DNA of 64,000 nt from Eledone cirrhosa (Eukaryota): NCBI GenBank assembly GCA_964016885.1, contig OZ024747.1, positions 73,904,001 through 73,968,000 of the forward strand, read 5' to 3'. This document shows, piece after piece, positions 26,135-41,600 of the stretch; position 1 is the stretch's first letter; the number at the start of each line of letters is the position of its first letter. The notes beneath the pieces were generated by a model, which had not been told where the DNA came from, made no database searches, and saw nothing but the letters and a program-made list of their open reading frames with translations. A program made the translations under genes and the position numbers.

Positions 26135-26275
26135 ATTGACAGTCATTATAACGTCGGATAGAATGGTTTGAGGAACTCTTTCCAGCTCTCTATTATCTAA
26201 GTTCAAACTCTGCTGAGGTCAACTTTGCCTTTCAAAATGTTGAGGGAGATGATATAGTACCAGTCTAGTACTGGT
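26135..26275 (+). mobile_element. Diverged family-D-related SINE
   Basis: AAGTTCAAACTCTGCTGAGGTCAACTTTGCCTTTCA...AGTACCAG. Similar remnants near 4950-5015, 5375-5430 and 35555-35635. Confidence 0.55.
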
Positions 26276-27023
26276 GTTGACTCTTTTTCTATATGTGTTT
26301 CTCACATTCTTCTCCCATTATCCATCTTTCGCTAGAAGAAATAAGCTGTGCTCAGACATGTTTTAAATGCCCATGAAACGCCATATGTCACTACGCGGCC
26401 CCTACTACTCCATCAGGTATTACAAGCCCATTACATCCCATGCAAAAATGTTTCAACAAATATCTATCTCTCGAATCAAGATTTCACCCCTCTGCCTGTT
26501 TTACTTTTCTTCCGCATATATCAGCAAAATTTCATTAAGACATCACATAACGTCCCTAACTTAGCTAAACCTCTGTCGTACCAACATATCCTCTTAAAGT
26601 TCCCTGATATTTTTACCCAGGTTTCCAAATCTAGACTATTTCCTAACATTTCCCGCACGAGCTATAGTACACTAGAATTTCCTTACAAGTCATTTATTTT
26701 CTGCATAGGGTGATATGAAGATGTTCAAATTCAGATTGCTGAATGTATTAAGTATAACATATCCTATTATAAATAATTAATTTTCCTCACCGCATTAATC
26801 ATCATTCATATGGTGAAAGAAAATACTATAAAATTCAACGACTAAAGTTACTTTAATAATTTTACTTGTACGGCATTATTGCCACTCTAACGGTTCCTTC
26901 ATAAGCAATGATGTTACTGTATTTACAGAAGTAGTGATGAAAAATCACTAAACTGAGAATATTGTACACGTTCCACCCTTTTATCACTCTTTACATTCTA
27001 TTTATCTTTTATTTCTACTTCAA

Positions 27024-27059
27024 TCTTCAGATGAAGGACTAGTGTCCGAAACGTCAAGA
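27024..27059 (+). ncRNA. Degenerate minimal hammerhead motif in a Penelope-like tail
   Basis: TCTT-CAGATGA-A-GGAC-TAGT-GTCC-GAAA-C-GTC-AAGA. All stems are present, but the core reads CAGAUGA instead of CUGAUGA. Confidence 0.6.
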
Positions 27060-27165
27060 CAGTCTTCCTGCCATTTCAAGTGTTAAACTAATATGTTCTT
27101 TCCATGTATTCTGCCGATTGTTTTATTATTTTTGTTATTTCTGTTTACATTTTACACCTATATAG

Positions 27166-27226
<61 letters not shown>

Positions 27227-28182
27227 AAAAGTAGGATTGACAAAGGGAAGAGAGCGGAAAACAAGGCAGTACGAAACATGTTAGCTTTCTAATTACTTTA
27301 ACAGCTTCATCGAATTAAACATAAAGTGGAGATAATATAACTCACATCATTTATAATTCTTCCAAAAAGTAAAATGCGAACCTCCCATGTCCATAGTTTC
27401 TACACACCTAACAAGTAATAATTACCATTCTTTAGAATGTTTAAATGCCTACACATTAAATATGATTATATTTATATACACATTGGTGTAGTCTCGGTTA
27501 CCCATTCTGTATGTATACAGATATAACTTTATCGTACACTTCGGCTGCTAGCTCACATTTTAATATATATCTTAGTTTATTACCATCACGAACCTGTATA
27601 ATTTTCATGTTCATTTTTGTGTAAAATACTGGAAAAAGATCCCAGTGATTGACAGAAAAGGTGTGGAGAAAAACACTCCTACAAATGTCCCTCTTTTTAT
27701 CAAGCTGGCTTTAGTTTTTATAGTATCTTCTTATGTATTAGTATATATGTCCCTAATTATTTACCTTTTCCTATGCACTTTTCATGTGTCTTATTGGTGT
27801 CACTTTACACATGATTAGTGTTTTCAAGAACCATGTTCCGGGAATACTGTCAAATTATGTTGATAATGAATTCATATGTACTGACCCGTCTTTTTTCTCC
27901 AGATAGGGCTTCGTTTATAAGTAATTGATGTTACCACCTATGATCATTTTTAACACCCACCCTCTTTGCATCTGGTAGCATTCTACTGTTTCCCCCGGGT
28001 GTTAACTTACTCTATGCAATATTATTAAAGTCAATACATTGTTGGTACAACAGAGTTTATGGGACTGAAGACCAGACTAATTGAAATTCAGTTATTATTA
28101 TCAATATTATTTTTATCATTATTGTTTGTCTTGTTTTTTGCTGTCTTTTTTATTGATGAAGATGGTAATAATATGATGAATA

Positions 28183-28320
28183 GTAATAATAATAATAATA
28201 ATAATAAGAAGAAGAAGAAGAAGAAGTGACAATGATGGGGATGTGGATAATAGTGATGGGGATTATGATGATGATGTTGATGATGATGATGACCACGATG
28301 TTGCTGCTGTTGCTGATGAT
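28183..28320. repeat. Mosaic trinucleotide microsatellite (AAT)n(GAA)n(GAT)n(GCT)n
   Basis: Read directly. Confidence 0.9.
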
Positions 28321-29962
28321 ATAAAATGAATAGTAAATAGAAAGAGAAAAAGAAAAAGCGCATCCCAATTGAAAGCAGAGCAGTAATACTTTCCAGAATG
28401 TGTTGGTGTTATTTTTGGAAAGTTACCATATAAATGTGAGCAGATAGATAAGTAATCTATAACAGTGCTGGCACAATTACGTCCTGCAGACGTGTCTACA
28501 TCATTTTTAGAAGTCTAATTCTAAAGCAGATGTTGCTACAATACGTAGTTGTAATTATTGTTGCTACTCCTGCTCCTCTTCTTCATTGGGCTGACATCTT
28601 TTAAGACAAACCTTGATTGAAATCAGTGAAATCCCAATCTCTACTAATTCAGTTACAGTATGATTGAAAAACCTAAAAAGAAATACGAATAAAAACAAAA
28701 TGATGTAAAAGAAAGTCAAATCATTGTATAAACAAATACATCGAATAGAAAATAACAAAACAAATCTTCTTCTTCTTCTTTCTCTCTCTCTCTCTCTCTC
28801 TCTCTTTATATATATATATATATAGTAGTAGTAGAAGAAGAAGAAAAAGAAGAAGAATATATATTTTAGTCTCTCCAAATATTTGTATGTTAGTATCGAC
28901 CATCTCATTATGTACAGACCAGTTCATTTTGCCTTGTTTTATGGGAACATAAGCGTATTAGCTGAAAGATTTAATATTTCAAATTTGTGTCGGTATCCCT
29001 GAATAATAAATAACCCTCCTCCCCCGTTTATCAATCTTTAGGATATGTTGGAGTCTCAATAAGGAAACGAAAAGGCTAAATCTTTTTTTTTTAAATCAAG
29101 GGAGATAACCTAAAAAAAAAAAACGATTTTCCTTCTCCCACTTATCACCCTCCCCCCTATTATTTGGGACACGAGACAACATAGTCGTTCGTAATTAGTT
29201 GCAGAATATTCTAACCTGTAAGATACGTAGTATTTTGTTTCTCTGGATTAGCTGTTTAACTTTCAGAGATTATCTAATTATAGCGATCGCACGATTTCGA
29301 AGCTAATTTTCTGCGAAAATTATCAGGAAAAATATTTCATACATGATATTATACAGGATATTTACATTTACGTTCTGACGACGAGCTGGATTTTAAATAC
29401 CAATAATCGTTATGTTTCTCGTTATGTGGATTAAATTATAATGTTTTACGGGATTTATAAAGGAAGAGAAGCTGATATGTTTTTGTCATGTGCGAAAGCT
29501 CTATGTACAGTCACGTTTATTCTATGAAATTTTAAGTAGATGTTAGATCTGCAATTTAGATTATTATTTATTTCAACAGCATTGATATAAAATTTATTTA
29601 TATAAAAGATGAAAGGATTAAGAAATTGAATCCTAATTTAACAGTTACCTTGAAATTAATATAATGAAGGTAATAACGTAACATATTGATGTTATGTAAA
29701 AGATAGAAAAGGTAAAACAGAAGAAACAAAGAAATAATTAAATTAAATATAACAATAAAATATAGAAGATGAAATATCGTTTTGGTGGGAGAAATCATTG
29801 ATATTCTAAAAGTTGGGTTGCACTCGCATCCTGGATAAAGGATAAAGGTTATAAAAAGAAGTAGCACGTTGCATGAAAAGAGTTACTTTATGTTTTAGTG
29901 TATATTATAGATATATATATGATCTATTTTTTTAAAACTCTAATATCTGCACATATATATCA

Positions 29963-30133
29963 ATCGGCCGGAGATCCAGGGGTAAACACCGAGTACGATG
30001 GTTGGATATAATTTATGATATTAACTGGTATTGCTTGGGGCTCCAAACTGACAGGAACCGCTGGAAGGAGTGACTGAGGACTCGGCCCAGACGACGCTCT
30101 CAGGAATAAGTGGAAGAAGAAGAAGAAGAAGAA
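29963..30133 (+). mobile_element. 5'-truncated RTE-clade LINE 3' end with (GAA)n tail
   Basis: Translates as IGRRSRGKHRVRWLDIIYD..DRNRWKE*, matching the RTE ORF C-terminal G-R-x-RG-R-P-x-x-RW-x-D..DR..W pattern, followed by a (GAA)n tail. Confidence 0.7.
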
Positions 30134-30332
30134 ATGTTGATATAAGCATTAGCTATCCCGCTATGATATTCCATTGTATGCTGTAACTTTGGTGTTATTG
30201 ACAACAATGATATGTCTTCAGTAGTCTCATTGTATACATATGTTGTTTCAAAGGTTTCAAATACTAATTTTCAGTATCTTATCATAAACGATGGATTAAT
30301 AGTTTCATAATGTATAATATGAAAATCATATA

Positions 30333-30522
30333 ATAATTATTTCTATATTTGGCACAAGGCCAGCAATTATCCCACTACATTACTGGTATTTTATTTTATC
30401 GACTCCGTAGGGGGGGGGGGAAGCAAAGTTAACCTCTACGGGATTTGAACTCAGACGTAAAGAGACGTAACTATTCTAGAAAGCATGTTCGATCCTCTAC
30501 CGATACTGCCAATTCACCGCCC
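30333..30522 (-). mobile_element. Family D SINE (first of a tandem pair)
   Basis: Homology to 10563-10754. Confidence 0.85.
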
Positions 30523-30526
30523 ATAT

Positions 30527-30718
30527 AATAATTGTTTCTACTTTTGGCACAAGGCCAGCAAATACCCAGTGCATTACTGGTACTTTATTTTATCGACCCC
30601 TTAGGGATGAAAGGCAGAGTTAATCTTGGCGGTATTTGAACTTAGAATGGAAAGGGCCGTAACTCTATGCGTTAAAGCATGGCGTCCGACCCTCTACCGA
30701 TACTGCCAATCCACTGCC
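30527..30718 (-). mobile_element. Family D SINE (second of a tandem pair)
   Basis: Homology to 10563-10754. Abuts the previous copy. Confidence 0.85.
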
Positions 30719-31153
30719 ATTATAATCCACCCCCCAGAGAGTTAGCAATTCTATATGAGATTATTGCTATTTCTCTAAGAATTTCACAGAAGACCATCAT
30801 GGTGTTATCCTGGTGTTAATATCATTTGATGAGATGGTGTATGTGCTAACTTATTTGAAATCATCAACGTTTCGGCAAAAGTATTTTTTAACGATTTGAT
30901 GTTTGTTGCTTGAATTCGGGTTTGTTGGCATTTAAGATGCATTAACCGTGAACGGATGTTTGAAGTTCTACTTGATTATGCATTACGTGTTGCTATTAAT
31001 GATTTTGATGGTTTTATCCTTCAAAGGCGTAGAAGCACGAGACATCCGTCACAACAGCTAGCAGATGTAGAATTCGCTGATGGTATTGTCTATCTACAGT
31101 TTCACTAAATAATACAGGAGATTTCTTACACGAGTTACAAGTGTCTACTCAAG

Positions 31154-31224
<71 letters not shown>

Positions 31225-31233
31225 CGTGTGTGT

Positions 31234-32181
<948 letters not shown>

Positions 32182-33063
32182 AGTGTGAGAGAAAATGAGA
32201 AACAGAGAAATAAAGAGAGAAAAGGAGAGAGAAAGATAGAGAAATAGAGAGACAGGGAGAGAGAGAGGAAAAGTGAGAGGGAGAGAGAGAGTACATTTTA
32301 TGAACGAATCATTAAAATTTTGCGAAAAATCTAAATGTCAGATCCAAATTTTCTTTCTCTGTCGTTCTCTTGTTATTGTCACACAATTTAATTTGTCTAA
32401 TTGTGAAATTGAATAATTCATTGGTCCATTTTAAGCGGTGTTAACGCTGACGTTGATGTCCAACCTCTCCTTTAATTACAACATTGTATAATCTTTGATA
32501 AGCGAAATATTGTTAGCATACTTCTTTCTCACTTATGTCTTGAGTTTGTTGATTTTAGCGTTGAATCAAGTGTGTTTGAGCTGACCGCAGATCAATGATA
32601 ATCCTTTCATAAATATTCTGTACCTTTTAGTTGTATTTCACTACATTCTAGATTAGCAGAACAGGTCAAATCTAAAGTAGTAAGCCTCGATAAAAATCCT
32701 TCTTGTCTCATCGTAATCCATAGCTCATGCAACGATCATCAGTTTAATTAGATGACCGCGGCGTCGTAAAGACCAGTGGCTTGTAAGATTTTTCAGGGTA
32801 TTTCCAATTCACCCAATTACATGAAGATATTTCCTGCGATTAACATAGAATCCCGTTTATACACCAGTAAATCGGGTCAAGTTGAAAATAATGCTGTCAA
32901 CAACAACAGCAACAACGTCAACAATAACAATAGCGACACCAACACAAACAAAGGACCACAGCACCAATAGGACTAAAGTGTTACATCAAACTATCATTTC
33001 ATACATATCAATATAATGCCCTTTTAAATTACGTACAAACACATACCATACCAATCAAACATA

Positions 33064-33866
33064 TCTATATATATAAAACTGTGGTTGTCTGTCTGTCTAT
33101 CGATTTTTGGCACACATCTCCTCTTAGAATCTCTCACGGAATTGCACCGAAATTGCTATACTTGTACATTGAGCCCTAGCGAAGACATCGGAAAAAAAAA
33201 ATTTCAAATTGACCCACCCTATGTGACGAAATCGAATATAATGTATCGATTTTTGAGCGTAAGTTATCAGTTATTTCCCTTTGTTCTGTTTACATTGAGC
33301 GTCTTACGTAAAAAATTACGCTGGCTTTAACAGTTGTCGAGCCAGCAAAATATTGACCTGCAAAATTCATCAGTTCGAACACTAAGCTTCCGTTTTGCTT
33401 CATTTCCATTTAAAAGCATTTTAAAACAATATTTTTACTTGAAAACAAGTCTATTTAAAGACTACGTAAAACAAGCAAATATTTCGTCGTTAGGCGTGCA
33501 GACAGACAGTCGTGCAGACAGACAGTCGTGCAGAGAGGTGATATAGGCGTGCAGACAGACATAACTGATAATTTGGTTACGCTAATGTTTTTCTCTGCGT
33601 TGCAGTGTTTACATTTTCGATCTTTGTTAATAAATAACCAGTGCAGTTTCTATCCCCAGCATCCTCTTTTGTTATAACATTCGGGTTATCGTTATGTTTT
33701 CTTAACTTCATAAGGCATATTGTTGGTTGAGGGAATATTAATCAAAAACACCACAGGCAAGTCTGCACAGTAGACACTACAGTTTTTAAGCCAAGAAAGA
33801 AACTTAACATTGTAACTTTAACACAGCTACTGAGCGACCCCGAGCAACGCCGGGCTTTACTGCTAG
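33064..33866 (+). mobile_element. Non-autonomous Helitron
   Basis: Starts A|TCTATATATATAAAA with a (GTCT)n tract. Ends with the hairpin CCCGAGC-AAC-GCCGGG (33838-33854) then CTAG|T. No TSD; A|T insertion site. Confidence 0.8.
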
Positions 33867-33946
33867 TCTCTCTATATTTATATATATGTTGTGTGTGTGT
33901 GTATATACGTAACATGGCGCGCAAACTGACACACACACAAACACAG

Positions 33947-34000
<54 letters not shown>

Positions 34001-34001
<1 letters not shown>

Positions 34002-34144
34002 ACGAGGGAGTTGTGGTAAGGAACCAGATGGACCATAACGCACCAGAGTACTCAATACTTAATGTAGTAGAGTGGGTACTAGGAAAATGTATGACCCCGA
34101 CGGCAGAGCTCAAGCAGTTTCGACGGCTATTTCTGGACTCCAGA
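34001..34144 (-). mobile_element. Fold-back family A, diverged copy 3 (single arm)
   Basis: Homologous to 6273-6410. Ends at the mini-hairpin TCTGGA-C-TCCAGA. Lies between (TA)n and (GA)n. Confidence 0.7.
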
Positions 34145-34274
34145 GAGAGGGAGAGAAAGTGTTACAAAATACAATGGATATAATAATGAAAGAAATGAAG
34201 TCATACACACACACATTTACGCACACACACACTAACACACACGCACACACACACTAACACGCACACACACACAC

Positions 34275-34306
<32 letters not shown>

Positions 34307-35681
34307 ATATGTATATATGTCTTTAAAGAGAGAGGGAGAGAGAGAAAGAGAGGCGGGGGTGATAGAGATATAGGTTGAAATGACAAGACTCTTATTGAGA
34401 AAATATATAGAGCATGTCACACAAGCAAGGTTGCAAAGAAAGAAGGATTACATGAGGAAATGAATGCAAATGTAGTGTTATAGTTATATAGTTATATTTA
34501 TATAGTGTTATAGTTATATTGCATGAAATGTTTAGACTATGCAAAATGATGTGAATGAAACAAAAAGCATCGTGTCAATAAATATATTTTGTTAAATAAA
34601 ACAACTTTGAATAGGTTATACTTTCACCGTTGGTTGCCGTTCCGGAATGTTTTGATGTCAATCGTGCTAACAATTAATGGAAATATGTGAAAAGTATATA
34701 GTAAAGTAATATTACCATTTTCTTGAAGTAACCGGACGAATATGAACTATGAAAGGAACTGATCCGACATAAATAAATAAAATATTGAAAATAAAATGTA
34801 TGAATAATGAAGTAAATTAATAAATCAGTTTCAAACACACGAAATACTTTTAAATATTTTTGGCTTAAAATATTACAAAACATCAACACATATTCTCCAT
34901 GTGAAAATATTTTGTTTCAAACGCTTTGAAAATCAGATTTTTCCTCTGAACTCTTTTGTGGCTAATAAGTGTTTCAACTTTGAAAGAATATATCACAAGA
35001 AAATTCTTTAAAATATATTAAGTATTCGTGTGATATACACTCGCTGCACATTCATAAATTGCTATGTCACAATTTGAAAGACTAGAGGTCAGTAATTAAC
35101 CTGTGATGTGAGACTGCATGATCACGTGAAACTGAGATGAATTTATTTTTTTTATATTCGCTATTTTGAATCTATTTCTTTTTAACTGTTAAATATAGAT
35201 TCTAAATCGATCTCTATAGAAATCTATTTGAATGTTTTTCACGTTGTAAAATGTATCTTAGTGTGTCTGTACAATCTTAAAGAAGATATTTTCGCTTTTT
35301 TTGTTAAACCTCTTATTTATGACTGATCTTTAATGTATATTTATGATGGATGTTATAAGCAGAAATAAACAGCAGAGAACTTTATTGGACTCAATCAAAG
35401 TGATAAAGAATCAGGCAACAAGAAATAAAATAAAATAAAGAAAACAAAACAAAACCTGAATGATTTCTACGTATTTCGTCTATAAATATAAATGTTGATT
35501 AGATTGGACGAAACGATCAATGAATACAGAAACTATATAATCGATTACATTGACGACAGTACATTACTGGTACTATAGTTATTGATTTATCGATTCCTGT
35601 TTTGCAAAAGTAGCAAACAGTGGTCAACTTGGTTATAGAGATGTCAGTATAAAATAAATGACATTTACTCTGGGATTGAAA

Positions 35682-38600
35682 TGATGTGGCCATGTACAGA
35701 GCCTATATGTAAGGATCTATTGCTGTTGTCATGTACAGAGCCTATATGTAAGGATCTATTGCTGTTGTCATGTACAGAGCCTATATGTAAGGATCTATTG
35801 ATGTGGCCATGTACAGAGCCTATATGTAAGGATCTATTGCTGTTGTCATGTACAGAGCCTATATGTAAGGATCTATTGATGTGGTCATGTACAGAGTCTA
35901 TATGTAAGGATCTATTGCTGTTGTCATGTAGAGAGCCTATATGTAAGGATCTATTGATGTGGTCATGTACAGAGCCTATATGTAAGGATCTATTGATGTG
36001 GTCATGTACAGAGCCTATATGTAAGGATCTATTGCTGTTGTCATGTACAGAGCCTATATGTAAGGATCTATTGCTGTTGTCATGTACAGAGCCTATATGT
36101 AAGGATCTATTGCTGTTGTCATGTACAGAGCCTATATGTAAGGATCTATTGCTATTGTCATGTACAGAGCCTATATGTAAGGATCTATTGCTGTTGTCAT
36201 GTACAGAGCCTATATGTAAGGATCTATTGCTGTGGTCATGTACAGAGCCTATATGTAAGGATCTATTGATGTTGTCATGTACAGAGCTTATATGTAAGGA
36301 TCTATTGATGTGGTCATGTACAGAGCCTATATGTAAGGATCTATTGCTGTGGTCATGTACAGAGCCTATATGTAAGGATCTATTGATGTGGTCATGTACA
36401 GAGTCTATATGTAAGGATCTATTGCTGTTGTCATGTACAGAGCCTATATGTAAGGATCTATTGATGTGGTCATGTACAGAGTCTATATGTAAGGATCTAT
36501 TGCTGTTGTCATGTACAGAGCCTATATGTAAGGATCTATTGATGTGGTCATGTACAGAGCCTATATGTAAGGATCTATTGCTGTTGTCATGTACAGAGCC
36601 TATATGTAAGGATCTTTTGATGTGGTCATGTACAGAGCCTATATGTAAGGATCTATTTCTGTTGTCATGTACAGAGCCTATATGTAAGGATCTATTGATG
36701 TGTTCATGTACAGATACTATATGTAAGGATCTATTGATGTGGTCATGTACAGAGCCTATATGTAAGGATCTATTGATGTGGTCATGTACAGAGCCTATAT
36801 GTAAGGATCTATTGATGTTGTCATGTACAGAGCCTATATGTAAGGATCTATTGATGTGGTCATGTACAGAGCCTATATGTAAGGATCTATTGATGTGGTC
36901 ATGTACAGAGCCTATATGTAAGGATCTATTGATGTGGTCATGTACAGAGCCTATATGTAAGGATCTATTGCTGTGGTCATGTACAGAGCCTATATGTAAG
37001 GATCTATTGATGTGGTCATGTACAGAGTCTATATGTAAGGATCTATTGCTGTTGTCATGTACAGAGCCTATATGTAAGGATCTATTGAGGTGGTCATGTA
37101 CAGAGCCTATATGTAAGGATTTATTGCTGTTGTCATGTACAGAGCCTATATGTAAGGATCTATTGCTGTGGTCATGTACAGAGACTATATGTAAGGATCT
37201 ATTGATGTGGTCATGTACAGAGCCTATATGTAAGGATCTATTGCTGTGGTCATGTACAGAGCCTATATGTAAGGATCTATTGATGTGGTCATGTACAGAA
37301 TCTATATGTAAGGATCTATTGCTGTTGTCATGTACAGAGCCTATATGTAAGGATCTATTGCTGTTGTCATGTACAGAGTCTATATGTAAGGATCTATTGC
37401 TGTGGTCATGTACAGAGCCTATATGTAAGGATCTATTGATGTGGTCATGTACAGAGCCTATATATAAGGATCTATTGCTGTTGTCATGTACAGAGACTAT
37501 ATGTAAGGATCTATTGCTGTGGTCATGTACGGAGCCTATATGTAAGGATCTATTGCTGTTGCCATGTACAGAGCCTATATGTAAGGATCTATTGCTCTTG
37601 TCATGTACAGAGCCTATATGTAAGGATCTATTGCTGTTGTCATGTAGAGAGCCTATATGTAAGGATCTATTGCTGTTGTCATGTACAGAGCCTATATGTA
37701 AGGATCTATTGCTGTTCTCATGTACAGAGCCTATATGTAAGGATCTATTGATGTGGTCATGTACAGAGCCTATATGTAAGGATCTATTGCTGTTGTCATG
37801 TACAGAGCCTATATGTAAGGATCTATTGCTGTGGTCATGTACAGAGTCTATATGTAAGGATCTATTGATGTGGCCATGTACAGAGCCTATATGTAAGGAT
37901 CTATTGCTGTTGTCATGTACAGAGCCTATATGTAAGGATCTATTGATGTGGTCATGTACAGAGTCTATATGTAAGGATCTATTGCTGTTGTCATGTAGAG
38001 AGCCTATATGTAACGATCTATTGATGTGGTCATGTACAGAGCCTATATGTAAGGATCTATTGATGTGGTCATGTACAGAGCCTATATGTAAGGATCTATT
38101 GCTGTTGTCATGTACAGAGCCTATATGTAAGGATCTATTGCTGTTGTCATGTACAGAGCCTATATGTAAGGATCTATTTCTGTTGTCATGTACAGAGCCT
38201 ATATGTAAGGATCTATTGCTATTGTCATGTACAGAGCCTATATGTAAGGATCTATTGCTGTTGTCATGTACAGAGCCTATATGTAAGGATCTATTGCTGT
38301 GGTCATGTACCGAGCCTATATGTAAGGATCTATTGATGTTGTCATGTACAGAGCTTATATGTAAGGATCTATTGATGTGGTCATGTACAGAGCCTATATG
38401 TAAGGATCTATTGCTGTGGTCATGTACAGAGCCTATATGTAAGGATCTATTGATGTGGTCATGTACAGAGTCTATATGTAAGGATCTATTGCTGTTGTCA
38501 TGTACAGAGCCTATATGTAAGGATCTATTGATGTGGTCATGTACAGAGTCTATATGTAAGGATCTATTGCTGTTGTCATGTACAGAGCCTATATGTAAGG

Positions 38601-41600
38601 ATCTATTGATGTGGTCATGTACAGAGCCTATATGTAAGGATCTATTGCTGTTGTCATGTACAGAGCCTATATGTAAGGATCTTTTGATGTGGTCATGTAC
38701 AGAGCCTATATGTAAGGATCTATTTCTGTTGTCATGTACAGAGCCTATATGTAAGGATCTATTGATGTGTTCATGTACAGATACTATATGTAAGGATCTA
38801 TTGATGTGGTCATGTACAGAGCCTATATGTAAGGATCTATTGATGTGGTCATGTACAGAGCCTATATGTAAGGATCTATTGATGTTGTCATGTACAGAGC
38901 CTATATGTAAGGATCTATTGATGTGGTCATGTACAGAGCCTATATGTAAGGATCTATTGATGTGGTCATGTACAGAGCCTATATGTAAGGATCTATTGAT
39001 GTGGTCATGTACAGAGCCTATATGTAAGGATCTATTGATGTGGTCATGTACAGAATCTATATGTAAGGATCTATTGCTGTTGTCATGTACAGAGCCTATA
39101 TGTAAGGATCTATTGATGTGGTCATGTACAGAGCCTATATGTAAGGATTTATTGCTGTTGTCATGTACAGAGCCTATATGTAAGGATCTATTGCTGTGGT
39201 CATGTACAGAGCCTATATGTAAGGATCTATTGATGTGGTCATGTACAGAGCCTATATGTAAGGATTTATTGCTGTTGTCATGTACAGAGCCTATATGTAA
39301 GGATCTATTGCTGTGGTCATGTACAGAGCCTATATGTAAGGATCAAATGATGTGGTCATGTACAGAGTCTATATGTAAGGATCTATTGCTGTTGTCATGT
39401 ACAGAGCCTATATGTAAGGATCTATTGATGTGGTCATGTACAGAGCCTATATGTAAGGATTTATTGCTGTTGTCATGTACAGAGCCTATATGTAAGGATC
39501 TATTGCTGTGGTCATGTACAGGGCCTATATGTAAGGATCTATTGCTGTTCTCATGTACAGAGCCTATATGTAAGGATCTATTGATGTGGTCATGTACAGA
39601 GCCTATATGTAAGGATCTATTGCTGTTGACATGTACAGAGCCTATATGTAAGGATCTATTGCTGTGGTCATGTACAGAGTCTATATGTAAGGATCTATTG
39701 CTGTGGTCATGTACAGAGCCTATATGTAAGGATCTATTGCTGTTGCCATGTAGAGAGCCTATATGTAAGGATCTATTGCTGTTGTCATGTACAGAGCCTA
39801 TATGTAAGGATCTATTGATGTGGTCATATACAGAGCCTATATGTAAGGATCTATTTATGTGGTCATGTACAGAGCCTATATGTAAGGATTTATTGCTGTT
39901 GTCATGTACAGAGCCTATATGTAAGGATCTATTGCTGTTGCCATGTAGAGAGCCTATATGTAAGGATCTATTGCTGTTGTCATGTACAGAGCCTATATGT
40001 AAGGATCTATTGCTGTGGTCATGTACAGAGCCTATATGTAAGGATCTATTGCTGTTGTCATGTACAGAGCCTATATGTAAGGATCTATTGCTGTTGCCAT
40101 GTAGAGAGCCTATATGTAAGGATCTATTGCTGTTGTCATGTACAGAGCCTATATGTAAGGATCTATTGATGTGGTCATGTACAGAGCCTATATGTAAGGA
40201 TCTATTGCTGTTGCCATGTAGAGAGCCTATATGTAAGGATCTATTGCTGTTGCCATGTACAGAGCCTATATGTAAGGATCTATTGCTGTTGCCATGTACA
40301 GAGCCTATATGTAAGGATCTATTGCTGTGGTCATGTACAGAGCCTATATGTAGGGATCTATTGCTGTTGTCATGTACAGAGTCTATATGTAAGGATCTAT
40401 TGCTGTGGTCATGTACAGAGCCTATATGTAAGGATCTATTGATGTGGTCATGTACAGAGCCTATATATAAGGATCTATTGCTGTTGTCATGTACAGAGAC
40501 TATATGTAAGGATCTATTGCTGTGGTCATGTACGGAGCCTATATGTAAGGATCTATTGCTGTTGCCATGTACAGAGCCTATATGTAAGGATCTATTGCTC
40601 TTGTCATGTACAGAGCCTATATGTAAGGATCTATTGCTGTTGTCATGTAGAGAGCCTATATGTAAGGATCTATTGCTGTTGTCATGTACAGAGCCTATAT
40701 GTAAGGATCTATTGCTGTGGTCATGTACAGGGCCTATATGTAAGGATCTATTGCTGTTCTCATGTACAGAGCCTATATGTAAGGATCTATTGATGTGGTC
40801 ATGTACAGAGCCTATATGTAAGGATCTATTGCTGTTGTCATGTACAGAGCCTATATGTAAGGATCTATTGCTGTGGTCATGTACAGAGTCTATATGTAAG
40901 GATCTATTGATGTGGCCATGTACAGAGCCTATATGTAAGGATCTATTGCTGTTGTCATGTACAGAGCCTATATGTAAGGATCTATTGATGTGGTCATGTA
41001 CAGAGTCTATATGTAAGGATCTATTGCTGTTGTCATGTAGAGAGCCTATATGTAAGGATCTATTGATGTGGTCATTACAGAGCCTATATGTAAGGATCTA
41101 TTGATGTGGTCATGTACAGAGCCTATATGTAAGGATATATTGCTGTTGTCATGTACAGAGCCTATATGTAAGGATCTATTGCTGTTGTCATGTACGGAGC
41201 CTATATGTAAGGATCTATTTCTGTTGTCATGTACAGAGCCTATATGTAAGGATCTATTGCTATTGTCATGTACAGAGCCTATATGTAAGGATCTATTGCT
41301 GTTGTCATGTACAGAGCCTATATGTAAGGATCTATTGCTGTGGTCATGTACCGAGCCTATATGTAAGGATCTATTGATGTTGTCATGTACAGAGCTTATA
41401 TGTAAGGATCTATTGATGTGGTCATGTACAGAGCCTATATGTAAGGATCTATTGCTGTGGTCATGTACAGAGCCTATATGTAAGGATCTATTGATGTGGT
41501 CATGTACAGAGTCTATATGTAAGGATCTATTGCTGTTGTCATGTACAGAGCCTATATGTAAGGATCTATTGATGTGGTCATGTACAGAGTCTATATGTAA

